64,000 nt of DNA, taken from the NCBI GenBank assembly GCA_002811645.1, contig PDIP01000010.1, positions 186,001-250,000 of the forward strand, read 5' to 3'. Within the stretch, counting starts at the first letter, position 1. Each line of letters starts with the position of its first letter. The notes below the pieces were generated by a model. The model worked only from the letters and a program-made list of their open reading frames with translations, made no database searches and had not been told where the DNA came from. This DNA comes from Corallochytrium limacisporum Hawaii (Eukaryota > Protista > Pluriformea). Shown piece by piece: positions 1 to 11,582 of the stretch. A program made the translations under genes and the position numbers.

Positions 1-401
1 CGAAACGTCTTCCCATTTCCATAATTTGCTAAGTCCACTCTTGGCTCATGCACCCGACCCGACCACGCGCGGGTTTCCACACACTCCCCTCCCCCCTTTC
101 CTTCGGGGTGCCGGGGGCCCGTGAGGATTGGCTTTGACACGGAAAGGGGAGGAGCGGGGAGATCCAGATCCCGAGATACACGCCTGGGACTCGCCTTGTC
201 CGCCGTACGGTTGTTTGTTTGTTTTCCTCGGCGATTTGATAGTTTGGATATTTAAAACATCTGAATGAACTTGCAACCTGTGTAAATCATTCAGAACATC
301 ATTCAATCACAAAAAGTAGAGAATAGTAAGATATAGTTATCAATCACATACACCTAGCGTAGCAATGACGTAGAGAAGATACAGAACAGGAAGAGAAAAC
401 C

Positions 402-1562
402 ATGAAACTAGTGTCTCAAAACATCGAAAAGGACCAGACTGGGTCCGTGGCATTGATTGCAGAGGATATAGAGGATGTATGGCACGTCTTCAACTTGATC
501 CACAAGGGTGACAAGGTCAAGACATCAACTGTCCGTAAGGTCCACAGTGAGTCGGCGACCGGCTCTATCACAACAGATAAGGTCAAGATGACCCTTGTTC
601 TGCAAGTTTCGGATACGAGCTTCGACGGAGAGATAGGTGAGCTTCGTGTCAGCGGAAGGAACGTAGAAGAGTCCAAATTCGTCAAGGTCGGACAATACCA
701 CACATTCGTGATCGAACTGCATAAGAAGTTTACATTGTACAAGCAGGTTTGGGACTCAGTCACGTTGGACCGCGTTAAGTATGCCTGTGATGCTAAAAAC
801 CGGGCAGAAATTGCGGCCCTGGTAATGCAGGAAGGTCTTGCTCATCTCTGTTTAGTGACAGACAGTATGACCATCCTCAAGGCCCGCATCGAACAGACCA
901 TTCCGAAGAAGCGGAACTATAATGCGGGCCAGAGTGACAAAGCCATGCAAAAATTCTTTGCCGACATTCTGACCTCTTTTCAGAAGCATGTTGGCCTCAA
1001 CATTGTCAAGGCTGTGGTAATCGCATCCCCGGGCTTCCTCAAAGAGTCTTTCCGTGACTATCTGATCAATGACGCTGTGCGGCGCGATGACAAGCAGTTG
1101 CTGGCGGCGAAATCGAAAATCGTCCTCGCCCAAGCCTCTTCGGGACATATGCAGGCGCTCAGAGAGCTCATGCACGATCCTTCTGTGCAGTCACAGCTGA
1201 AGGATACAAAAGCAGCCGAGCATGTGCAAATGCTGGATCGATTCCAGCGCCTTCTCAACCACGATCCGGATCGAGCGTACTATGGTTATGATCACTGCAA
1301 GGCTGCCGTCGAAAAGAATGCGGTAGAAATCCTAATGGTTAGTGACGAGCTGTTTCGGTCCATGTCGATCACCACGCGGCAAAAGTACATCGACCTTGTT
1401 GACGAAGCAAAGGACAACGGTGCGGAAATCGCCATCTTTTCCTCCCTGCATCAGACCGGCAAGGAACTTTCACTCCTCTCTGGTGTCGCTGCCATCCTGC
1501 GGTTCCCGCTCCCAGAGATTGAAGAGATGGATGTGGAGGACAGTGATGATTCTGAGTCGTAA
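402..1562 (+). CDS. PELO: Pelota/Dom34 ribosome rescue factor (eRF1 family)
   Basis: 386-aa ORF with EDVWHVFNLI, VKVGQYHT, IASPGF, RAYYG and LSGVAAILRFP pelota motifs. Confidence 0.97.
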   Translation: MKLVSQNIEKDQTGSVALIAEDIEDVWHVFNLIHKGDKVKTSTVRKVHSESATGSITTDKVKMTLVLQVSDTSFDGEIGELRVSGRNVEESKFVKVGQYHTFVIELHKKFTLYKQVWDSVTLDRVKYACDAKNRAEIAALVMQEGLAHLCLVTDSMTILKARIEQTIPKKRNYNAGQSDKAMQKFFADILTSFQKHVGLNIVKAVVIASPGFLKESFRDYLINDAVRRDDKQLLAAKSKIVLAQASSGHMQALRELMHDPSVQSQLKDTKAAEHVQMLDRFQRLLNHDPDRAYYGYDHCKAAVEKNAVEILMVSDELFRSMSITTRQKYIDLVDEAKDNGAEIAIFSSLHQTGKELSLLSGVAAILRFPLPEIEEMDVEDSDDSES

Positions 1563-2270
1563 GCAATCGCTTTGACCAATCACCAACGCTCGTCATAATC
1601 GTAGTATATCCTAGTAAGAAAACAATATCAGTTACCCTTATAGACATGATACACCCATGGTCTTATCATCGTCATCGTCACCATAAAAGAATCGCCGTGA
1701 GATTCTATTGTCTATCCCCCTGCCATGATCTTTTCCGATGCCAAGAGAACTGCCAAGCAGAATGGTCCATTTCATGCATCCCCGGTATGGCCCCGTCTCT
1801 CCATATCTCTCTCTCTCGCGCTCTCGCTGTCTCTCTCTCTCTCCTGTGCTCCCTCGCCCGCTCTCTGCTTAGTTAGGCTCCTTTGCCTTGCCTTCGCTTT
1901 GCTCCCCCACTGTTCCCAAGTGCGTACGGACGAAAGCGCGGTGTGTGACAGCGCCGCGTACAGAGGCCGAGGCGGGACGGCTCCCTCGTCGTACTCGCCC
2001 GGCAATGGCGGGTGCGGCTGGCTGAAAAGCGCCCGGGGGGAGGCAAGACGAGCCAAAACGAAAGGGCAGGGGAGCCGAGTTGGGCGCACACAGGGGAGAG
2101 AGAGCGCGAGAGAAACAGAGGGGGGGGGGGTGGAGGAGTGTCGGAATCAGAGTCAGAGTCCGGGGAAACACGACTGCGGGTTTCGGGCTCCCGCCTGTTT
2201 TCTTATGCACTGTGCGCCGGTTTTGTCCGGGACTCACTCTGCAAGCCAAGACCCCCATCTCCGGGGCAGC

Positions 2271-2486
2271 NNNNNNNNNNNNNNNNNNNNNNNNNNNNNN
2301 NNNNNNNNNNNNNNNNNNNNNNNNNNNNNNNNNNNNNNNNNNNNNNNNNNNNNNNNNNNNNNNNNNNNNNNNNNNNNNNNNNNNNNNNNNNNNNNNNNNN
2401 NNNNNNNNNNNNNNNNNNNNNNNNNNNNNNNNNNNNNNNNNNNNNNNNNNNNNNNNNNNNNNNNNNNNNNNNNNNNNNNNNNNNNN
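2271..2486. other. Assembly gap (216 N) inside a GC-rich low-complexity spacer
   Basis: Run of N flanked by G/C runs. Confidence 0.99.
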
Positions 2487-2782
2487 GGGGGGGGTGGGAC
2501 TTAAGGAAAACAGTGAGAGACGTCACGTCTTCCGGGGATTTGGTCACACTGCTTGTCATCTCGGTCTGCAGCCTCTATCTCTCTTTCCCACCAATTCAGG
2601 ATGACAGGGTCTTGTTTTCCACCCAGTCCTTCTGACAGCAACCCCTGATCAACAAAGCAAGGTAGTTCAGAGCATGGGATCTAAAGGGAATGCAACAGGA
2701 AATGTGTACGGCCTGGCAAGGGGTGGTTGTGGATTTGGAACCCGCAAGCAACTCCTGATCTAGTGGAGAGAAGTAAGCAACC

Positions 2783-5173
2783 ATGGGAACAGATAAGGTG
2801 GTGACGTCACATGCGGACTCCACAGTACGCCAAGGTGCAGACCGACCACAGTCTCACTTGGTTGGCAATGCTGATGACTCCAACGATTCCCGTCATCGCA
2901 CTGTTACAGATTTTCTACGTGCCACTGATCCGCAGCATATTGACACGTTCGCGGCATGCGAGGCAATTGCTGAGCAGTTATTGAAGAAAAAGGGAGATCA
3001 CCACGTTGACACTGACTTCCAGTTGAGAAATGCTGACATGCTGCTACGTGACGACGATGACGCACCCGCACCCGACGAGAACTCTTACAATTTGCCCAAG
3101 TCGGAAACGGTAACGCTTATGCAGAACCAGGTTGCTTACAACAGTAAGCTCATTGCCGGAAAGAAAGGTCAGGATGTGCGGGAGGTGCCAAAAGTCAAGA
3201 TTGCTCAGGAAGCCGGCCAAGTTGAGTATCAGCGTGTGAGCATTGTAAATGAGGAGTCGGTGTTGCCGAAGGAGATGCAGGGCATGGCACACCTGATTCT
3301 ATCTGCGATCCTGTTGCGACACAGCTACATGAAGGCTTCTTGCCAGGAATTTGATCTGACCTGCCTAGACTTGCTGGGTAGTTCCAAAATTCTAGAAGTC
3401 GACCAAGCGGTTTTCGAGGCGCCGGTGCCGAAGACTCCCACTGACGACTACATGGGCTCGGACCCGATGAAGGCACCGATTCCAGATGGCTCTTGGCCAG
3501 GAGTGCTGGACATGGAAACTGGTGTGGTGCTGCACTACCCGAGCCTGGATGCTCTGAGCGCGAAAAAACCCTCCCATAAGATTGTCGGACTCAATGACTT
3601 TTATCGGGACCTAAACTTCCTCCACGCCATCTTCACAGACGGCCCTTGCAAATCGTTCGCGTTTCGTCGGCTACAGTATCTCGAAGCCAAATTCAACCTA
3701 CACATTCTCATGAACGAGGTTGCGGAGCAGAGTGAACAGAAGGATATTTCACACCGTGACTTTTACAATGTACGCAAGGTTGACACCCATATTCACTTGA
3801 GTTCATGCATGAACCAGAAGCACCTGCTGCGTTTCATCCGTCGAAAGCTGGAGCAGGAACCCGATACAATTTGTATCCACAGAGACGGCAAGGACCTGAC
3901 CCTGAAGCAAGTTTTTGAGAGTCTGAATCTAACCCCATACGACCTTACGGTTGATACCCTGGATATGCACGCCGACAAGCACACCTTCCACCGCTTTGAT
4001 AAGTTCAATCTCAAGTACAATCCTGTGGGAGAGTCACGCCTGCGTGAGATCTTCCTCAAGACAGACAACATGATCAAGGGTAGGTACTTTGCAGAGCTAG
4101 TGCGCGAGGTCATTGATGAGATCGAGGACTCAAAGTACCAGAATGCTGAGTTCCGGGTCAGCATCTACGGCCGAAAACCGGAAGAGTGGGTCAAACTGGC
4201 TGATTGGGTAGCTGACAACAACCTTTACTCTCCGAACATTCGCTGGATGGTGCAGCTACCGCGCCTGTACAATATCTATCATGAAAACAGCCAAGTGAAG
4301 AACTTTCAGGAAATGTTGTATAACATATTCTGGCCGATCTTTGAAGTGACCATGAACCCTTCATGTAATCCAAGCTTGCACCGGTTTGTCAGCGCACTGG
4401 CTGGCTTCGATTCCGTTGACGATGAATCAAAGCCTGAGGTCCGCACCTTCAAAAAGTTCCCGCAGCCCAAGCTGTGGGCACATGGCCAGAACCCGCCGTA
4501 CAGCTACTACTTGTACTACATGTACGCAAACATTGCGAGCCTGAACCAATTGCGAAGAGACCGGGGCATGAATGTACTGACTTTGCGACCCCACTGCGGT
4601 GAGGCCGGATCGATCGGTCATCTGGCCGCCGCGTTCCTGACTGCCCAGGGCATTAACCATGGAATTCTGCTACGTAAGGCACCGGTGCTGCAGTACCTCT
4701 ACTATCTCACGCAGGTCGGTCTTGCCATGTCACCACTAAGTAACAATAATCTATTCCTGGATTACCACCGCAATCCCCTTCATGACTACTTCAAGAAGGG
4801 TATAAACGTCTCCATCTCCACGGACGACCCATTGCAGTTCCACTTCACTCGTGAGCCATTGATGGAAGAGTACAGCATTGCAGCGCAGGTCTGGAAGTTA
4901 TCCAACACTGATATGTGCGAGTTGGCAGTGAACAGTGTCAAGCAGAGCGGATTTGAGGAATCCATGAAGGCAAAGTTTCTCGGCCACAAGTACAAGAGTC
5001 CTGGTGTCGACGGCAACAACTGTATTAAGACCAACGTTCCTGACATTCGGGTAAGTTTCCGGCATGAAACAATGTGCAAGGAACTCGGATTGCTTACCCG
5101 CACTGTCAACCCGGAGAACGACGGCGGAATCGTTGACGAATATCGCTCGCGAGACACACTAGAAATTGCATGA
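2783..5173 (+). CDS. AMPD: AMP deaminase
   Basis: 796 aa; HRDFYNVRKVDTHIH, FHRFDKFNLKYNP, RPHCGEAG and SISTDDPLQFH motifs. Confidence 0.97.
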   Translation: MGTDKVVTSHADSTVRQGADRPQSHLVGNADDSNDSRHRTVTDFLRATDPQHIDTFAACEAIAEQLLKKKGDHHVDTDFQLRNADMLLRDDDDAPAPDENSYNLPKSETVTLMQNQVAYNSKLIAGKKGQDVREVPKVKIAQEAGQVEYQRVSIVNEESVLPKEMQGMAHLILSAILLRHSYMKASCQEFDLTCLDLLGSSKILEVDQAVFEAPVPKTPTDDYMGSDPMKAPIPDGSWPGVLDMETGVVLHYPSLDALSAKKPSHKIVGLNDFYRDLNFLHAIFTDGPCKSFAFRRLQYLEAKFNLHILMNEVAEQSEQKDISHRDFYNVRKVDTHIHLSSCMNQKHLLRFIRRKLEQEPDTICIHRDGKDLTLKQVFESLNLTPYDLTVDTLDMHADKHTFHRFDKFNLKYNPVGESRLREIFLKTDNMIKGRYFAELVREVIDEIEDSKYQNAEFRVSIYGRKPEEWVKLADWVADNNLYSPNIRWMVQLPRLYNIYHENSQVKNFQEMLYNIFWPIFEVTMNPSCNPSLHRFVSALAGFDSVDDESKPEVRTFKKFPQPKLWAHGQNPPYSYYLYYMYANIASLNQLRRDRGMNVLTLRPHCGEAGSIGHLAAAFLTAQGINHGILLRKAPVLQYLYYLTQVGLAMSPLSNNNLFLDYHRNPLHDYFKKGINVSISTDDPLQFHFTREPLMEEYSIAAQVWKLSNTDMCELAVNSVKQSGFEESMKAKFLGHKYKSPGVDGNNCIKTNVPDIRVSFRHETMCKELGLLTRTVNPENDGGIVDEYRSRDTLEIA

Positions 5174-5363
5174 GTGCCGAAGGAGGCCGACAAAGATATG
5201 GATTCAACATAATGCAAATAGACATCAATGAAGTCCATATCCCAATATTAGGCACTCGTCAAAGACTAAAGAATCGTTTTCATTCGGATCAAGTTGACCT
5301 TCTCTGACTCCTTCTATCCGGCTTTCGGCTGACCACTTACCGCCGTCCCCAACGCCCCTCCAC

Positions 5364-5520
5364 GCAGCGAGGGTCTGCGGACCGGGGGACACGTGAGGTC
5401 CTTGGTCCGCAGCTACCTCCCGCTGTAAGCCTAAATTTCCCCTCGCCCCCCCCCCCTTGCGCCTTCGGCTAGTCCTCTCCCGCCCTTCTGGAACTCTCAA
5501 GGGTTCGGGAAGGGAAGGCA
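5364..5520 (+). promoter_or_regulatory. GC-rich double-hairpin island upstream of POLR2C
   Basis: CTGCGGACC 5375-5383 pairs with GGTCCGCAG 5404-5412, extended by G-T pairs; second hairpin at ~5461-5519. Confidence 0.5.
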
Positions 5521-5805
5521 CAACAGACAAACACGCTGGCTACTTGAATATCAGGGGTATGCCATGAATGAAAGACCAGTATCATGCCTACAATGTTCGA
5601 AAATTTAGACTATCTATAATTAAACATCTGTTTACGTTGTGTTGCCATCTCACACAACACACAACACAATCTTTGGGAAGTATATATTTTTGTCGGTCAT
5701 TCAAATACATGTTGGGACATGGTTGACGTTTAAAGAAGACTAGACCAATAGAGAACGGCGCAACAGCAGTAAAAGTAGCACGGAGGTCAATAGCATAACA
5801 CAAAC

Positions 5806-6642
5806 ATGGTCGGTATGGAGCAGCCCAAGGTGACCATTACACATCTGTCACCCTCAGAATGCCATTTTACTCTTGAGAACGTCTCGATCAATACGGCGAA
5901 TGCCCTGCGGCGGGTAATGCAATCGGAAGTGCCTACCTTTGCAATTGAGCTCGTGAATTTTGAGAAAAACACAACTTTCCTACATGACGAATACATCGCT
6001 CACAGGCTAGGTCTAGTGCCCTTAAGGAGTGATGACGCCGACCACTACAATTACACCGCGGACTGTGAGTGTCTCAACGGCTGCAACAAATGCATCATCG
6101 AGTTCTACATGAATGTGCAGGCGCCTCCAGGAGCCCCCATCACCGTTACTACAGCTGATTTGAAGCCAATGACAGACAATCCGACCGTCTATCCCATTAC
6201 TCCGGAGGCGCGGACAATGGATTACACCGGAGACAAAGACACCAACATGACGCAGAGGGACATCATTCTTGTCAAAATGAAACCGTATCAGGAACTGATT
6301 TTACGGTGTACCGCACGCAAGGGTCTTGGCAAGGAACATGCCAAGTGGCAGTCCACGTCTGCAATCAGCTTTGAATATGATCCGGACAATGCGCTACGGC
6401 ACACGGTCCTACACGAGCTCGAACAGTGGCCCAAGAGCCAGTACAGCAACACACCGGGCACACACATGGTTGAGGCCCCGTACGATGCTATGGGAGAGCC
6501 TCGGGTATTCTATTTTAAAGTGGAGACCACGGGTGCATTGGCACCAGAGGATATTGTATCTCGCGGTCTAAAGGTCCTGCAGGACAAGCTCAAGATTTTT
6601 AGCGATGCCTTACAAACGGAACTGCAGATCATGCGCTATTGA
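5806..6642 (+). CDS. POLR2C: RNA polymerase II subunit RPB3
   Basis: 278 aa; ANALRRVMQSEVPT, LHDEYIAHRLGLVPL, Zn motif CECLNGCNKC, KGLGKEHAKW. Confidence 0.96.
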   Translation: MVGMEQPKVTITHLSPSECHFTLENVSINTANALRRVMQSEVPTFAIELVNFEKNTTFLHDEYIAHRLGLVPLRSDDADHYNYTADCECLNGCNKCIIEFYMNVQAPPGAPITVTTADLKPMTDNPTVYPITPEARTMDYTGDKDTNMTQRDIILVKMKPYQELILRCTARKGLGKEHAKWQSTSAISFEYDPDNALRHTVLHELEQWPKSQYSNTPGTHMVEAPYDAMGEPRVFYFKVETTGALAPEDIVSRGLKVLQDKLKIFSDALQTELQIMRY

Positions 6643-7760
6643 TGATTCCAAAGCCAAAGCGCCATCAGTGCTTTACACATATAACACGTCGTAACCAATG
6701 TCATTAAAACAAAAAACTTTCCATCCAAACTTTCTCGCAAACTCCACGGCAAGGTGCCCTGGTCTATACTAGTCGTCCCCCCGGACCATCCGGCGCTGCC
6801 GCCCGTCCGACAGCAGCGCCCTTTTTGCTCCCTCCCCACAAAATAGACTCCCCACTGCCCGCACACCCGAAAATCTTGCACCCAGTCCGCGATTAATTGG
6901 ATCCCCTCCCTTTCGCCCAACCCCCCTCTCCCGCTTTTTTGCGCATCAGGTGAACCCCCTTCCCAAGCCCCAGGAACGGCTCTATTTTTGGCTGAAAACC
7001 GTACCCGGCCCGACAAACACACCACCACCAACACCCAAATGAGAGGAAAAAAAAAACCAGCCTCCCCCGTTAAGAAGAAGGGGGGGGGGGGAAGGCAGGC
7101 GAAAATCAGAAACATCGCGCGAAGGGGGGAACGACGAAACCAATTTCTTCCCGCTTTTCTTCACCTTTATTTTATTCTCTTAGTTCCTTTCTTTTATTTT
7201 TTTTTTTGGGCCTCATTGTTCTTTATCATAGCCCCGTATCCGTCACCCAGCGGTTCCGCTTCGGTGCTTAACGCACTGGTTAATATGTGCCCATGGGACT
7301 CCCTCGCGCTTGCACGCCGAACTGAGTCGGTAGCGGAAGTACACCGACGGCAAGGGAGGGGGGGGGTGTCGCTTGGACGGGAGGGGGAGAGGGGAGGGGG
7401 AGGCTGCAGCCGGTGTAGACTAGGCCTAAGGACATCCATCGGTCCGTCGTCGGAAGCGTTAGGAAAAGGGGGGCTCGTTTGTCTGATCAAAGTTTGGGGT
7501 CCCTTATTGCATGATCCATTGAGCACCTCCAACGACAGCACCATAGTCTCATTTGCGTGGTGGTATCTCAAGAGCACTGTATAGTGTGTCGGTAAATGTT
7601 AGAATAATTGCAACATCGTCGTTGGCGATAAACGGACAAGTGGGAAGGAAGGTTGACCAGGAGGGGTGTGAGAACCAAAGGAATCCGTGTCGGCCGACCC
7701 CAGCTCCCGGATGCAGATTTCATGACATTGAAGTGACTTAGAGGAAATTTACCATTTGAC

Positions 7761-9392
7761 ATGAAACTGGAGACGGTTGTTGCCAGCGTGCTGCTGCTGG
7801 CCTCCAGTGCTACTGCGACCATATCGTTACAATTCGAGGAGATCACAGAGCAGGAAATTCAAACGCTGACGTCGTCATGGTGGAATCCGTTCAGTTGGGG
7901 ATCGAATAAGAAGAAGGAAGAGGAGGACACCTGTCTGCCCCCAGTGCTCATGATCCCGGGCTTGGCGGGCTCAGTGCTTGATATTAAGCTCGAGAAGGGA
8001 TACAAGGGCCCACACTGGATCTGCTTCTCGCAGTACTCACAAAGCTACTGGAGCAGTGGTCTGACTCGCCTTTGGCCCTCCTTGGATGCTACAGACTTTG
8101 TGTGGCCACATCTCTTCCGTGACTGCTGGGAGCATGCCATGACCGTCAGCTATAATGCCACCACAGACAAGTTTGAGCAGACACCGCACATTGAGGTACG
8201 GGGCCGCGATTGGGGAGGTGTGAGAGGAATCAGCAATCTCTTCGACATTTTCTTCGACCACGGACTGCCATCTAGTGACGTCTTCGAGGACATGGTCGTC
8301 GTACTGGAGAAACAGGGATACAAGAATCACAAGCAACTCCGCGGCGCACCATATGACTTTCGTCTGATTGTCAACGAAGACGTGCTCACGAAATATTTTG
8401 AAGACGTCAAGAAGTTGGTGGAGGAAATGTACGACTACACCGAAAAAACCTGCTCCAATACGCAGCCGAGTGATCTCGGGGAACATATCGGTATCAATGA
8501 TGACGACCCAGGCCATATCCACCGCCCAAAGAAACCCGTCCTAGCAAAGAAGGGCATCACTCTGATCAGCCATTCTCTTGGTGGCCCCGTCATGAATCTG
8601 TTCCTGTCCTCTGTCGATCAGGCGTGGAAGGACAAGTACATCAACCGCCTGATTGCAGTCAGCGCGCCCTGGGAAGGCGCCAGTCGAGCTGTACGAACTG
8701 CCCTGAGCGGGGAAACTGAAGGCCTGCCTGGTTTCAATATTTCGTTCCTTCCGATCGAGAAGTATATGTCCAGCCTGTACTGGATGTTCCCCAACCCGGG
8801 AAGCCGGAACGACACCGTTGTGAAAATCGGTGAGAAAGAGTACACGGACTCGTACGAGGACTTGGAAGCCATGTTTGCAACCTTAAATCGCACTGAGCTG
8901 GGGCCTATGATGCGCAAGCACTACCCAAAGCTCGCAAACTACAATGCTCCCCTCGTCGACTACTACGCCTACCACGGCATTGGACAACCGACTGAGCACG
9001 CATATGTCTACGATAGTGCTAAGATTGATGGTGACCCGGATCGGTACTGTCCGCCGGCGTCGGGTAAGAGAGTAGGTGACAAGGATCTGCTCTACCCAGA
9101 CGGCAAGCTCTGTAAGGCAGGAAAAGCTGGAGACGGCACAGTCTGGTACAAGAGTTTGGCAGCTTCAGATGCATGGAAAGATGCTCACACCAAGATTGGG
9201 CACGCCTACGAGCGGGTCGAGGTCGCGGGTGGTGACCACCTGAAAATTCTTCGTGACAAGGGCGTCATTAAGCATGTCGTGCAGCTGTTGGCCAGTGACA
9301 TGACCACCACTTCGCCGCCGGTGATTATGACGACCAAGTCAACCTTAGATCACTACGATGAAGACCCACAAAGTCGGTCGGTCGTTGTCTAA
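7761..9392 (+). CDS. Secreted/lysosomal LCAT / group XV phospholipase A2 family acyltransferase
   Basis: Signal peptide; PVLMIPGLAGSVL, GAPYDFR, nucleophile SHSLG, GDGTV, C-terminal His (GDHLKIL). Confidence 0.9.
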   Translation: MKLETVVASVLLLASSATATISLQFEEITEQEIQTLTSSWWNPFSWGSNKKKEEEDTCLPPVLMIPGLAGSVLDIKLEKGYKGPHWICFSQYSQSYWSSGLTRLWPSLDATDFVWPHLFRDCWEHAMTVSYNATTDKFEQTPHIEVRGRDWGGVRGISNLFDIFFDHGLPSSDVFEDMVVVLEKQGYKNHKQLRGAPYDFRLIVNEDVLTKYFEDVKKLVEEMYDYTEKTCSNTQPSDLGEHIGINDDDPGHIHRPKKPVLAKKGITLISHSLGGPVMNLFLSSVDQAWKDKYINRLIAVSAPWEGASRAVRTALSGETEGLPGFNISFLPIEKYMSSLYWMFPNPGSRNDTVVKIGEKEYTDSYEDLEAMFATLNRTELGPMMRKHYPKLANYNAPLVDYYAYHGIGQPTEHAYVYDSAKIDGDPDRYCPPASGKRVGDKDLLYPDGKLCKAGKAGDGTVWYKSLAASDAWKDAHTKIGHAYERVEVAGGDHLKILRDKGVIKHVVQLLASDMTTTSPPVIMTTKSTLDHYDEDPQSRSVVV

Positions 9393-9551
9393 ACCCGCAT
9401 TGTGTGAGGAGTTTGTCAGTATTTCGCATACAGGGAAGCTCTTGATAGATTTGCAAAATGCTAATACATGTAAAAGGATTTAATTTGTAATTGTTGATGC
9501 TAGAAAATTACTTACGCTATGAACATTATGGAAAATGTGTTGTGAAGATTC

Positions 9552-10694
9552 TTACTGCTCAGCGGACAGCTTCTTGTAGAAAGCCTGGCCATCGCGACGG
9601 TACTTGCGCAGAGTGGCGCGCTGCTTCTCGGACAGACCCTTCTTGGCAGCCTTCTTCTTCAAGTTCTCCTCCTCAGCACGGGCAGCGGCACGCTTGGCAG
9701 CCTTGGCGTAAGGGTTGAGGCGCAGCATAACGTTGATGTTCTTGAGAGGGTTCTTGCGCTGGGTGACGTGGGTGTTGTGGGTACGCTTCTCACGGACCAC
9801 AGACTGGACCTCGTCACTGTTGATGATACGGGTAATGTCGGCGTTGGCCATGATGGAGCGGGGCAGGGTGTAGCCCTTCTTCTGCTCAGAGGCGACCTCC
9901 TCAGTGCCAAAGACCTTGTCCAGAGACTCCAGAGCGGGCTGGGTCCAGATGCACAGACGACCTACGTGACCGCCAGGGGCAAGCTGTAGGAGGTTCAGGC
10001 GGTTGACGTTGCACAGTTCCACACCGGGCAGGTTGCGGAAGGCCTTGGTGATGCCATCATCGTTGGCGTAGATGACCAGAGGACCGCGACGCTGACGGAA
10101 GCGACGGTTGCGCATCTTACCCTTGCCAGTGCGGACCTTGCGAGAGTCCTTGACCTTCGCCACATCAGCGTCGGCACCAACACTCTTGAGCAGAGCAGCG
10201 GCATCCTTGGTCTTCTTCAGCTGCTCAGCACCAGCAGCAACGACCAGAGGGACCTCAGGAATGGCATCAATGCGGTGACCGCGGGCCATGACCAGGGCAG
10301 GGAGAGCAGAGGCCGCGATGGAAGACACGGTGGCGTGACGGCGCAGACCCTGGTTGATCTTGCGGTGGAACTTGCGGTAGACCTTAGTGGGAGCGAACAT
10401 GCGACCACCACGGCACATGTTACCGAAAGCACCCTGACCGGAACGGTGGGTACCTCCACCACCGACACGGGGAATACGAGCAACGGCACGACCGGTACCC
10501 CAGGACTCGGCAGAAGTCTGATGACCCGCTTCCCGGCTGACGGCAATAGCCTGGCGGCGGTTCTTGGCCATGTGAGTGTGGATGGTCTTCACAATGTCCA
10601 CACGGATGGGGGCAGAGAAGACGGCGGGCAGGTTGGCAGAACCAGCTTCGCTACCGTCGATACCCTGGACGGCGACAAGAGGACGGGCAGACAT
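9552..10694 (-). CDS. RPL4: 60S ribosomal protein L4 (uL4)
   Basis: Start placed at MSARPLV (ATG 10694); [22 protein letters not shown] and [12 protein letters not shown] motifs. Confidence 0.98.
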   Translation of the reverse strand: MSARPLVAVQGIDGSEAGSANLPAVFSAPIRVDIVKTIHTHMAKNRRQAIAVSREAGHQTSAESWGTGRAVARIPRVGGGGTHRSGQGAFGNMCRGGRMFAPTKVYRKFHRKINQGLRRHATVSSIAASALPALVMARGHRIDAIPEVPLVVAAGAEQLKKTKDAAALLKSVGADADVAKVKDSRKVRTGKGKMRNRRFRQRRGPLVIYANDDGITKAFRNLPGVELCNVNRLNLLQLAPGGHVGRLCIWTQPALESLDKVFGTEEVASEQKKGYTLPRSIMANADITRIINSDEVQSVVREKRTHNTHVTQRKNPLKNINVMLRLNPYAKAAKRAAARAEEENLKKKAAKKGLSEKQRATLRKYRRDGQAFYKKLSAEQ

Positions 10695-11582
10695 AATTAA
10701 TTTGTTTGTTTGATCCCGAGTTGTATGTACTACTATACCCGATATTAATCTCAATTCGTCTTCAGTGTTCTGCTGATGTAGCTTCCAACATCTCTTATAG
10801 CCCCATGTAGGAAAAATTGTAAGAAACCTATACGCTATCGTCCACCAGTGCCATATGTCACAAAAGCAAAGTCAAAGTGGTTCGGAAGGCTTCACTATGG
10901 GAAGCAACGCTGGTGATCGCTATTCCCAGTACAACTGGATATCGTTGGAGAGGCCGTTATCCATTACCGCGAGGCGTTAACGGTAAGTCCAATACTGCGA
11001 ACGTATGCCAGGGCCTGATTGCATTCACTCAGTACTGATCCGGAACACGAATATGTCTACTTTGGTAGCATACTCAATGTATTCATTTGGATAGATGGGA
11101 CATATATGATATGAGAATTGTTTTCTTCCCAGAAGTGTGTTTGGTTAATTTACTACCAATATGCTGCCCTCTGAGAAAACATATTTTGAAAAAAATCTGC
11201 CCAGTTTTTTTTGTTTTTTTTCGTCCCAGAATTTGTGTGTGTGTTTTTCCGGTGTCCGTGTTTGCCTTTGTTACGCCAGGGGCCTCCGCAAATGATGAAT
11301 GTGCAAGGGCACCACCCCCAACCCCGCCTGGGTGTGGGCCAGTAGTCAATATACCGCAGCCCGCCACGCTGTTGGGAGCTCTATACTTACTCTGTGGGTA
11401 GCGGGCACGTTGGCTGAGTCGCGTCGACCTCGAAATCCGTCCGTCGATCAATCCGCTTTGGACGCCGTAGCGAGCGCAGACGTTTACGATTCAGCCAATA
11501 CGTGTGTCTTCTACGTCAATGAGCATGTTAAAAAGAGTAGTTTTATTTCTGATGGACAAGTGGTTATGCGTGCTGGCATCTC

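Noticed and set aside
1725-2635. Several ORFs spanning the first gap
   Set aside because: Low-complexity translations lengthened by N runs
11292-11418. ATGATGA...CTGA as a possible C/D snoRNA
   Set aside because: No terminal stem and no rRNA complementarity that I recognise
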